A stretch of DNA of 22,981 nt from the IMG/VR virus record IMGVR_UViG_3300047480_000504, one strand, 5' to 3'. The notes beneath the pieces were generated by a model. The model ran no database searches, was not told where the DNA came from, and was given only the letters and a program-made list of their open reading frames with translations. The stretch is from a virus (lineage: Duplodnaviria; Heunggongvirae; Uroviricota; Caudoviricetes). Shown here piece by piece: positions 16,279-22,981 of this stretch. A program made the translations under genes and the position numbers. Position 1 is the first letter of the stretch, and each line of letters begins with the position of its first letter.

Positions 16279-17131
16279 ATTTAAAGTAAGCGAAGTGTTT
16301 TACTCTGCACAGGGCGAAGGACGTTTTATTGGCGTACCGAGTGTGTTTTTCCGTACATTTGGTTGCAACTTTAAATGCCCGGGCTTTGGATTACCTGCTG
16401 GCGAAAAGACCTCGGAGCCAGATGAGATTGGTAAGGTGGTACACTTATACAAGACATTCAATGACTTGCCATTAGCACAAACTGGATGTGACAGCTATGC
16501 AAGCTGGCATCCAGCGTTCAAGCATCTAAGTCCAACATACTCAGTTGAACAAAGTATTGATGCCATGCTAGACTTGACTCCCAACAATCATTGGATGCAG
16601 GCTAATGGTAATGATGTACATTTGGTTATCACAGGTGGTGAACCACTATTGGGGTGGCAAATGCTTTACCCAACATTGTTAAGCAATCCTCGCATGAAGG
16701 ATCTGCGTAACCTGACATTTGAAACTAACGGCACCCAGTACTTGCACAAAGAGTTCAAAGACTTCTTGTCTGACAACTATCACTTGCCAAAAGATAACAT
16801 TACATTTAGTGTAAGTCCTAAGTTAAGTGCTAGCGGAGAGAAGTGGGAAGATGCAGTTAAGCCAGAAGTTGTTGTTGAATATCAACAACGTGGTCATGTG
16901 TACCTGAAGTTTGTCATTGACAACATCCTCGACTTCAACGAAGTTGATCGCGCTGTTAAAGAATATCGTTCTGCTGGATTCTATGGACAAGTATATGTTA
17001 TGCCAGTTGGTGGCACTGACAAAGCATACTTTTCAAATACACGCCATATTGCCGACGAAGCACTGGCACGTGGCTATCGTTACAGCCCACGACTGCACGT
17101 TGATATTTGGTCAAACGGTTGGGGCAAGTAA
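16271..17131 (+). CDS. queE: 7-carboxy-7-deazaguanine synthase (radical SAM)
   Basis: SEVFYSAQGEG, VFFRTFGCNFKC…GCDS, VITGGEP, ETNGT, VSPKL and YSPRLH. Confidence 0.9.
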   Translation: MNEFKVSEVFYSAQGEGRFIGVPSVFFRTFGCNFKCPGFGLPAGEKTSEPDEIGKVVHLYKTFNDLPLAQTGCDSYASWHPAFKHLSPTYSVEQSIDAMLDLTPNNHWMQANGNDVHLVITGGEPLLGWQMLYPTLLSNPRMKDLRNLTFETNGTQYLHKEFKDFLSDNYHLPKDNITFSVSPKLSASGEKWEDAVKPEVVVEYQQRGHVYLKFVIDNILDFNEVDRAVKEYRSAGFYGQVYVMPVGGTDKAYFSNTRHIADEALARGYRYSPRLHVDIWSNGWGK

Positions 17132-17163
17132 TGTACGGAACAGGCTACACAGGAGGAAATCCA

Positions 17164-17508
17164 ATGAAAGCACAACAACCTGCACAGGGTATTAGCATTG
17201 AGAAAGACTTTGGTGATGCCAAAGTCTTTAATGTCGAATGTGATTGCACATCAGATGACCACTCAGCCAAGATGTGGATTGAAGTTCAACGTGATCGAGA
17301 CATTCCAGATGTTGAAGTTAGCTTTTATGTAACAACCTGGACTCCTGTGTGGTCTGATTGGAGCAAGCGTTTAAGTGCAGTATATGATATCTTGTTTAAA
17401 GGTGTACATAAGCAAGAGCATCATATGTTGCTTAACAAACAAAGCGCATTGAACTTTGCTGAGGCGATTAAAACCACAGTGGCCGAACTTGAAGCAGCCG
17501 ACAAATAA
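17164..17508 (+). CDS. Hypothetical phage protein (CDC…H motif)
   Basis: SD AGGAGG upstream of ATG 17164. An alternative TAATG-coupled start exists at 17131. Confidence 0.7.
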   Translation: MKAQQPAQGISIEKDFGDAKVFNVECDCTSDDHSAKMWIEVQRDRDIPDVEVSFYVTTWTPVWSDWSKRLSAVYDILFKGVHKQEHHMLLNKQSALNFAEAIKTTVAELEAADK

Positions 17509-17515
17509 GCATATC

Positions 17516-17707
17516 ATGACAACGTGGACACATACTTGTAAATCTAACGGGAAACTTATAACTATGCAATCCGAAGAAACTTGTAGCCTGTGCAAGACTA
17601 CATACAGTAACGAAGTTGATAAACGTATTAAACTTGTACCAGAACTACCACAGTATAGAGAAAAACAAATCCCTATGCTTTTTAAGGCATTTAAGAATAA
17701 ACAATGA
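17516..17707 (+). CDS. Small hypothetical protein (63 aa; HTC…CSLC possible zinc ligands)
   Basis: Start at ATG 17516 after the upstream stop; ATGA-coupled to the next gene. Confidence 0.5.
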   Translation: MTTWTHTCKSNGKLITMQSEETCSLCKTTYSNEVDKRIKLVPELPQYREKQIPMLFKAFKNKQ

Positions 17708-17895
17708 GTGATCATGCAAATTTAACAAACCCATGTGTTGGCATTTGTGTTTCTGATGAAACAGGAATGTGTATTGGGTGTCTCCGCACAGAAGATGAGC
17801 GAGCTAACTGGTATTTAGAATCAGACAAGTGGCGGGAAACGGTACTAGCCGAATTACCCAAGAGAGAAGAAGATGTATTTGGACGGGATATTTGA
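17704..17895 (+). CDS. DUF1289-like predicted Fe-S protein
   Basis: NPCVGIC…CIGCLRT…E…W pattern. Confidence 0.8.
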   Translation: MSDHANLTNPCVGICVSDETGMCIGCLRTEDERANWYLESDKWRETVLAELPKREEDVFGRDI

Positions 17896-17896
17896 A

Positions 17897-18217
17897 ATGT
17901 TTGAATTTATTAAAAAGATTTTTAAAAAGAAACCAACTGCAAAGTCAATGCGGAATAGTCCCGAACCTTGGGTCAATGTAGTACAGGCTCACCTGGCTCC
18001 TGATAATCCCAAACAAGGATACTTTGAACTTGAGTGGAATCCTGCCTTTGTTTATTTCTTACAACGAAACGGCTATCAAGGTGCTACTCCCGAAGAAATT
18101 GTGGACCATTGGTTCACCGACTTGTGCCGTAATGTTGGTATGGATGGTGATGCCGCTTCTTCATTCATTGCTGATGCTGGTCGTGTTCAAACGAACGATC
18201 GCACTCGCAATCAATAA
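17897..18217 (+). CDS. Conserved-looking phage protein
   Basis: EPWV…GYFELEWN…GY.G…IVDHWF..LCRN. Start at ATG 17897 is inferred. Confidence 0.7.
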   Translation: MFEFIKKIFKKKPTAKSMRNSPEPWVNVVQAHLAPDNPKQGYFELEWNPAFVYFLQRNGYQGATPEEIVDHWFTDLCRNVGMDGDAASSFIADAGRVQTNDRTRNQ

Positions 18218-18221
18218 GTCA

Positions 18222-18250
18222 TTGACATCTGTGTCACAACCTGCTACAAT
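18222..18250 (+). promoter_or_regulatory. sigma70-type promoter, likely producing a leaderless mRNA
   Basis: TTGACA (18222-18227), 17 bp, TACAAT (18245-18250). ATG lies 6 nt later with no SD. Confidence 0.85.
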
Positions 18251-18256
18251 ACACAC

Positions 18257-19240
18257 ATGAGTTACTTAATCGTTGATGCCGCTAATCTTTTCTTTCGCGC
18301 ACGGCACGTGATCCGATCTGGCGACCCAGAAGAACGTGTGGCCATGAGCTATCACATTATTCTGGCGTCGGTGCTACGCCAATGGCGCGATCGTCAGGGC
18401 AATCATGTTGTATTCTGCTTTGAGGGCCGAAGCTGGCGCAAGGACGTTTACAAGCCCTACAAGGCCAATCGTGCAGAAGGTCGTGCTAAACAAACTCCTA
18501 AAGAAGCAGAAGAAGAAAAACTGTTTTGGGAATCCTTTGACAAGTTTTACGAATACATTAGTACTAAGACTAACGTAACTGTTCTTAAGAATCCTGTATG
18601 CGAAGCTGACGATTTCATTGCACGTTGGATTCAGTTGCACAAAGACGATAACCATATTATTGTTTCCAGCGACACAGACTTTGAACAACTTATTGCTCCT
18701 AATGTGCAATTGTTCAATGGCATCACTGGCGTGCTTACTACGCACGAAGGTTACTTTGATGAAAAGGGTAAGCCAGTAAAAGACAAGAAAACAAAAGAAG
18801 TAAAGGCTGCACCCGAACCAGAATGGTTGCTGTTTGAAAAGTGCATGCGTGGTGATACATCCGATAATGTCTTTTCTGCGTTTCCTGGTGTGCGTACTAA
18901 AGGCACAAAGAACAAGGTAGGCTTACAAGAAGCATTTGCTGATCGCAATAACAAAGGCTTTATGTGGAACAATCTCATGCTTCAGCGTTGGACCGACCAC
19001 GAGGGCGTCGAACACTTGGTGCGTGACGATTATGAACGCAATCGTGCTATTATTGATCTAACTGCACAACCTGATCATATCAAAGCCGAGCTTGATGCTA
19101 CTATTGCTGAGGCTGTACAAAAAGAGCGTAATCCAAGCGTAGGCCCACACTTTATGAAGTTTTGTGGTAAGTACAATTTACAAAAGTCCTCAGATAATGC
19201 TCAACAACACACTGAATGGCTGGCGGCCAGCTATAACTAA
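18257..19240 (+). CDS. rnh: 5'-3' exonuclease / flap endonuclease (T4 RNase H-like)
   Basis: LIVDAANLFFR, FEG.SWRK.YK.YKANR, EADD, SSDTDF and GDTSDN motifs. Confidence 0.92.
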   Translation: MSYLIVDAANLFFRARHVIRSGDPEERVAMSYHIILASVLRQWRDRQGNHVVFCFEGRSWRKDVYKPYKANRAEGRAKQTPKEAEEEKLFWESFDKFYEYISTKTNVTVLKNPVCEADDFIARWIQLHKDDNHIIVSSDTDFEQLIAPNVQLFNGITGVLTTHEGYFDEKGKPVKDKKTKEVKAAPEPEWLLFEKCMRGDTSDNVFSAFPGVRTKGTKNKVGLQEAFADRNNKGFMWNNLMLQRWTDHEGVEHLVRDDYERNRAIIDLTAQPDHIKAELDATIAEAVQKERNPSVGPHFMKFCGKYNLQKSSDNAQQHTEWLAASYN

Positions 19241-19550
19241 AATAGGGATTATTACCCTACTGGCTTTCTGCATTGTATTTTTTACATGGCCAGTTAATGC
19301 AGAAGTCTTTAAGTTAGACTCGCAATGGACTTGTGGAAAAACTTCAGACATGGCAACTGAGCTTAAAGCTGCCGGAGAAGATGTTGTTATGGTTGGTAGT
19401 ATTGATGGTGTTGTTGTATTCACGCTTTGGGCTAATCCTAAAACTCGCACATTTACCGCAGTTGGAACCCCAACTAAAAATCCTGAAATGAGCTGTATTA
19501 TTATACACGGCGATAAACTGTCCATTTTAGCACCAAAAACTACGGTGTAG
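19197..19550 (+). CDS. Putative exported or membrane-anchored protein
   Basis: KIGIITLLAFCIVFFTWPVNA|EVF looks like a signal peptide, with two Cys in the mature part. The start codon is uncertain. Confidence 0.6.
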   Translation: MLNNTLNGWRPAITKIGIITLLAFCIVFFTWPVNAEVFKLDSQWTCGKTSDMATELKAAGEDVVMVGSIDGVVVFTLWANPKTRTFTAVGTPTKNPEMSCIIIHGDKLSILAPKTTV

Positions 19551-19576
19551 TTGGCTCATTAAACACATACTTTTGA

Positions 19577-19582
19577 TAAATA
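19577..19582 (+). promoter_or_regulatory. TAAATA late-type promoter box 5 nt before the endonuclease ATG
   Basis: GATAAATAAAAGTATG resembles the T4 late TATAAATA. The hexamer also occurs inside genes (e.g. 6221), so specificity is limited. Confidence 0.5.
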
Positions 19583-19587
19583 AAAGT

Positions 19588-20085
19588 ATGTTAAAAGCGT
19601 TCAAACCAACTTGGCTGTATCTAAAACAGCATAATAAAACGGGACTAAAATATTTTGGGAAAACTGTCAGAGACCCAAAAAATTATCACGGTTCCGGAGT
19701 CTATTGGAATAGTCACTTAAAAAAACACGGATATGATGTTACTACTATATGGCAACAGTTGTTTACAACAGAAGCAGAGTTAGTAGCATTTGCCTTAGAT
19801 TATTCTCAAAAAAATAATATTGTAGAATCTGTCGAGTACGCTAATTTAAAACCCGAAGATGGGTTAATGGGCGGAGATACTGGTATCACTGAACACGGTC
19901 GTAAAATTATAAGCGAAAAATCTAAGATTCATCGACATACAGAAGAAACAAAGCAAAAACTTAGAGAGGCAAGAGCACAACAAGCGTGTCCGAGAACTGG
20001 TAGAAAGCACTCGCTAGAGACTATAGAAAAAATTAAAGCCGCTAGAAAGTTGCAAAAAAATGTCAGAGGTATCATCAGTGTCTAG
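19588..20085 (+). mobile_element. Free-standing GIY-YIG-type (Seg-like) homing endonuclease with NUMOD3 repeats
   Basis: WLYLKQH…GLKYFGKT…YHGSG…W N-terminal module, then HTEETKQKLREAR and GRKHSLETIEKIK repeats. Looks AT-richer than its flanks. Confidence 0.8.
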
Positions 20086-20389
20086 ACCAAAGCCCAACAT
20101 CCTATTAACGTATACAAACCCAAGAACTTATAAGAGCGAAGAAGTACTTGCGGCTGATGCAATATACGCTGTTTTTTACAAAGACAAACCAATTAATCTT
20201 CGCACACTGAATAGCTTAATTAGCTATCCGGGACCAAAATACAAAAAGGTATCCTTCTCTAATCCAGGACATGCGTTTAACTTAGCTGACAAGTTAAACA
20301 AGCTATTCAAGGTAAATGACTTTTCAGTTGTTGAATTGAAGCAAGGCCGTAAAATCAATGAGCAAGGAACTTCCTACAAAGATAACTGA
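20078..20389 (+). CDS. Conserved-looking phage protein (SRPKP…YPGPKYKKVSFSNPGHA)
   Basis: GTG 20078 with SD GAGGT at 20066-20070 is preferred over ATG 20060. Confidence 0.75.
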   Translation: MSRPKPNILLTYTNPRTYKSEEVLAADAIYAVFYKDKPINLRTLNSLISYPGPKYKKVSFSNPGHAFNLADKLNKLFKVNDFSVVELKQGRKINEQGTSYKDN

Positions 20390-20741
20390 GTACTTGGCTC
20401 AGTACCCAATTCCGCACATTTGGGAAAATACCAAGGTAACAGAGTACACTGTTTTTAAAAACTACCAACCAGGTCGTCAAAAAGGTCTACGCTTGACCAC
20501 ATTTGGTTGGGAATTAATGAAGCCCCACTTTCGCCATTGGTCATATCAGTGTCCACCAGGATGGAGCCCAAAACCTGGACACTTGATTGGACTTGAGCAA
20601 CACTTAGATTGGCCTTACTATCATGGTGCCGGCTACTTTCGTATCTTTGGTGAACAGGATGCCATGGAAATCCGTCTAGTCAGTGACGATATTGTGCTGT
20701 GGCTAGACGGACTAAGCAGACGTGCGCAGGGAAAAGGTTAA
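20358..20741 (+). CDS. Conserved-looking phage protein (GLRLT…PYY)
   Basis: 127 aa; overlaps the upstream gene. Confidence 0.7.
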   Translation: MSKELPTKITEYLAQYPIPHIWENTKVTEYTVFKNYQPGRQKGLRLTTFGWELMKPHFRHWSYQCPPGWSPKPGHLIGLEQHLDWPYYHGAGYFRIFGEQDAMEIRLVSDDIVLWLDGLSRRAQGKG

Positions 20742-21445
20742 TCTCTAATCCAAACTGCACTAAAATAGTTTTTGACTCGTTGTGTCCATCCGCTATTTGG
20801 AATTACCGTAGTATTCCATGAGTTTGCAGGAGCATTAGAATTGTATCCTAATTTAGCCTGGATTGTATCACCTTGATTTAAATATGTTATAGTACTTGCG
20901 CTTGAGGTTGAGATTACGCCAGCGGCTTGACCGTTTAGTATTAACCCACGTAACTCAATGAAAGGCCCAGCGGCAAGTTGTTCGTTTGAATTTTTAAATA
21001 ATATAAGAGCGGCAGCCCCATAATAATTCTGTAATACAGATATTGATGACGGTGTAACTGAGCCGCCTGCCTCAACATGATAATAGCCAGACTTTGGTGC
21101 AGTGAATATCCCAGATTGATTATTGTACCCTCCAGTATTTTTTAAAACATTATTAAACACTAGATCTAAATAACTAATTGTCAAAGCTGGCGACGGAGTA
21201 GTCAAATACTGGCCAATGGTCTGATTTGCAATAAATGCTGGTCCCGGAGTGCCCGCTTTACCAGGTACTCCTTGTGGCCCGGTTTCTCCCTTGGGTCCTT
21301 GAATTCCCTGGACGCCTTTCGCTCCTTGAGGACCTTGTGGGCCGGTCTCACCTTTAGGGCCTGCTGGTCCTGCTTGACCCATTGGGCCTTGTTTTCCTGG
21401 CGGACCTTCTGGTGCATCTGGTATGTTGATTGTTACTTGTGGCAT
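20738..21445 (-). CDS. Collagen-like protein with a C-terminal gC1q/TNF-like domain (235 aa)
   Basis: AGGAGG-5nt-ATG on the minus strand. 19 Gly-X-Y triplets are followed by [28 protein letters not shown] … LNQGDTI … NYFS. Confidence 0.88.
   Translation of the reverse strand: MPQVTINIPDAPEGPPGKQGPMGQAGPAGPKGETGPQGPQGAKGVQGIQGPKGETGPQGVPGKAGTPGPAFIANQTIGQYLTTPSPALTISYLDLVFNNVLKNTGGYNNQSGIFTAPKSGYYHVEAGGSVTPSSISVLQNYYGAAALILFKNSNEQLAAGPFIELRGLILNGQAAGVISTSSASTITYLNQGDTIQAKLGYNSNAPANSWNTTVIPNSGWTQRVKNYFSAVWIRD
21236..21406 (-). repeat. Collagen Gly-X-Y repeat (19 uninterrupted triplets)
   Basis: GPPGKQ…GTPGPA, with [10 protein letters not shown] occurring twice. Confidence 0.95.
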
Positions 21446-21555
21446 GTTAGCCTCCTTTATTGTTACTGTATTTACAAAAATTACTACTTTTTTATACTGT
21501 TGCAAAAATACAACACTTTTTTCATGAAATTTTGGTAAAAAGAGCCAAAAACAGG

Positions 21556-21584
21556 TTGACCTTTGGCTCAAACCACCATATAAT
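21556..21584 (+). promoter_or_regulatory. sigma70-type promoter for the ArfA-like ORF
   Basis: TTGACC, 17 bp, TATAAT (21579-21584), preceded by CAAAAACAGG. Confidence 0.85.
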
Positions 21585-21593
21585 AGTAACACT

Positions 21594-21758
21594 ATGAAAC
21601 GGACTACAATCACTTTGAAGCTAGAGCGTACTAAGCGTAGAGCTATTGAGCTGTACCATGCCGACAGCCCTTTCAAGGGCAAGGTAGAGGAAAGCAAAAA
21701 AGCCTACAAAAGACGCGAAAAGCATCAAAAACAGGTTGACAAGGATCTGGATCAATAG
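21594..21758 (+). CDS. ArfA-like small basic protein (54 aa), not in the ORF track
   Basis: [54 protein letters not shown]. It aligns by eye with ArfA [31 protein letters not shown]. Confidence 0.65.
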   Translation: MKRTTITLKLERTKRRAIELYHADSPFKGKVEESKKAYKRREKHQKQVDKDLDQ

Positions 21759-21764
21759 TATAAT
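21736..21764 (+). promoter_or_regulatory. Consensus sigma70 promoter
   Basis: TTGACA (21736-21741), 17 bp, TATAAT (21759-21764). CAAAAACAGGTTGAC is repeated from 21546-21560. Confidence 0.92.
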
Positions 21765-21822
21765 TTAAACATTGCGGAACGGTTCTGCAATAAACACTTA
21801 ACACACACTCAAAGGAAAATTT

Positions 21823-22092
21823 ATGTCTAAAGTTACCGCCCGAGCAGTTGAAGCCGCAGTTGAATCAGTTATCGCTGGTGAGACTTTTACTTTTGTCGGC
21901 TATGCCGTTGATAAAAAGGGTCGTGGCGCACTTCGCTACACTAATGACAAGCGCCGTACTCAAACGCTCGTTCGTGCAGGTTGTACCGATGTCAAGTTCG
22001 TAGAACTGCCTGCCCCGATGACTAAAGAAGCAATCCTTGCTAGCGAGTTCATCGCACAAGTTATGCCAGCACAAGAACAAGCTGTTGCATAA
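21823..22092 (+). CDS. Small hypothetical early-type phage protein (89 aa)
   Basis: SD AAAGGA, own consensus promoter, and R(Y/F)xND…L…G.TD…VELP.PMTKE pattern. Confidence 0.8.
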   Translation: MSKVTARAVEAAVESVIAGETFTFVGYAVDKKGRGALRYTNDKRRTQTLVRAGCTDVKFVELPAPMTKEAILASEFIAQVMPAQEQAVA

Positions 22093-22099
22093 AAACAAC

Positions 22100-22137
22100 A
22101 AGGCATTTAGTTGTTGACAATCGCAACTAAATGCCTT
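22100..22137. repeat. Perfect 14-bp inverted repeat with the -35 box in the 10-nt loop
   Basis: AAGGCATTTAGTTG-ttgacaatcg-CAACTAAATGCCTT. Confidence 0.95.
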
Positions 22138-22142
22138 ATAAT
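22114..22142 (+). promoter_or_regulatory. Consensus sigma70 promoter for the AAA ATPase
   Basis: TTGACA (22114-22119), 17 bp, TATAAT (22137-22142). Confidence 0.92.
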
Positions 22143-22180
22143 ACATACATGTTTAACAAACCCTAAGTAGGAGCCACCAA

Positions 22181-22981
22181 ATGGGAAAAAATACTGTCGA
22201 AACCCGCACCGTAAAAATTAGCGAGTGCAAACCTATCCTGCGCCGAGCTGTAGCCAAGCGCCGCCCAGTCTTTGTTTGGGGTCCTCCCGGCGTAGGCAAG
22301 TCAGACATGGTAAACCAAGTTGCCGCTGAATGGCCTAACTCTACCGTTGTAGATTTGCGTATGGCATTGATGGACCCTACTGACATTAAGGGTGTTCCTT
22401 ATTACAGTGCTGGCGACAACACTATGAAGTGGGCTACTCCTTCCGAACTGCCTACCGCAGAGTTTGCCGCACAACACGATGTGGTGTTCCTGTTCTTGGA
22501 CGAACTGAACTCTGCTCCTCCTGCTGTTCAGGCCGCGGCTTACCAGCTGATTCTAAACCGCAAAGTGGGCCAGTACACCTTGCCCGATAACGTGGTTATG
22601 ATTGCCGCAGGTAACCGAATGGGCGATAAAGGTGTTACGTACCGTATGCCTAGCCCACTGGCTAACCGCTTCATGCACTTGGAAATCCGTGTGGACTTTG
22701 AAGACTGGGAACAATGGGCTATCATGAACGAGATCCATCCGCACGTGGTGGGCTTCTTGAAGCAGTTCAAAGGCGACTTGTACAACTTTGATCCTACGCA
22801 ACACGATCGTGCTTTCTCTACTCCACGTACCTGGAGCTTTGTTAGCGATATGATTGATGACGACATGCCAGACTCTGCTAACACAGACATGGTGTCGGGC
22901 TTGGTTGGTGAAGGTATGGCGATTAAGTTTATGGCACACCGTAAGCACGCCGCAGACTTGCCTGACCCTGCAGATGTGTTG
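22181..22981 (+). CDS. MoxR-type AAA+ ATPase (3'-truncated; absent from the ORF track)
   Basis: SD TAGGAG then ATG 22181, open to the window end. Walker A WGPPGVGKS, Walker B FLFLDE, AAGNR, LANRF and TPRTW. Confidence 0.93.
   Translation, partial: MGKNTVETRTVKISECKPILRRAVAKRRPVFVWGPPGVGKSDMVNQVAAEWPNSTVVDLRMALMDPTDIKGVPYYSAGDNTMKWATPSELPTAEFAAQHDVVFLFLDELNSAPPAVQAAAYQLILNRKVGQYTLPDNVVMIAAGNRMGDKGVTYRMPSPLANRFMHLEIRVDFEDWEQWAIMNEIHPHVVGFLKQFKGDLYNFDPTQHDRAFSTPRTWSFVSDMIDDDMPDSANTDMVSGLVGEGMAIKFMAHRKHAADLPDPADVL

Noticed and set aside
21446-21697. 84-aa N-terminal extension of the collagen ORF given in the track
   Set aside because: It runs through promoters and the ArfA-like gene. A strong AGGAGG SD supports ATG 21445 instead.
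816-22948. Numerous minus-strand and alternate-frame ORFs in the track (e.g. 1586-2113, 5220-5639, 9788-10168, 18374-18745, 22553-22948)
   Set aside because: They lie antisense to or inside motif-supported genes, show no recognisable motifs or SD, and the + strand is already tiled by coupled genes.
1-22981. Stop-codon reassignment, as seen in some large phages
   Set aside because: Recognisable genes are full length under the standard code, and TAA, TGA and TAG all end genes at sensible, coupled positions.
1-22981. tRNA genes, CRISPR arrays, preQ1 riboswitch
   Set aside because: Intergenic gaps are too short, and I saw no cloverleaf, repeat-spacer periodicity or preQ1-I consensus by eye. A covariance-model scan was not run.
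22181-22981. MoxR ATPase as a novel system
   Set aside because: It is common in large phages, typically with a vWA/metallopeptidase partner. Any partner lies outside the window, so nothing unusual can be supported.

Overview
A gene-dense, almost entirely + strand segment of a large (probably jumbo) tailed dsDNA phage genome. A proteobacterial host is a tentative guess from the FdxA-type ferredoxin and sigma70-type promoters. The window begins inside a T4/RB69-like family B DNA polymerase and ends inside a MoxR-type AAA+ ATPase. The main observation is a transcription unit that couples the sliding clamp to a divergent TGT/DpdA-like guanine transglycosylase, an unknown protein, a QueD-like T-fold protein (DpdL-like), a GT-B glycosyltransferase, a GalE-like epimerase and a cytidylyltransferase. 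Further downstream are folE, queE, a UDP-sugar dehydrogenase, a 2OG-Fe(II)-type oxygenase, a phosphoribosyltransferase, a MazG-like enzyme, several Fe-S/redox proteins and a PD-(D/E)XK nuclease-like gene. Together these suggest a 7-deazaguanine DNA modification pathway, possibly with a sugar-hypermodification branch; this is inference, not demonstrated. Other points: five near-consensus sigma70 promoters with a shared start-site motif and likely leaderless mRNAs; an ArfA-like small ORF missed by the ORF track; a 14-bp perfect inverted repeat around a -35 box; a free-standing GIY-YIG/NUMOD3 endonuclease; and one antisense collagen-gC1q gene. No tRNA, rRNA or CRISPR array was seen. All family assignments come from motif recognition by eye; no searches were run.
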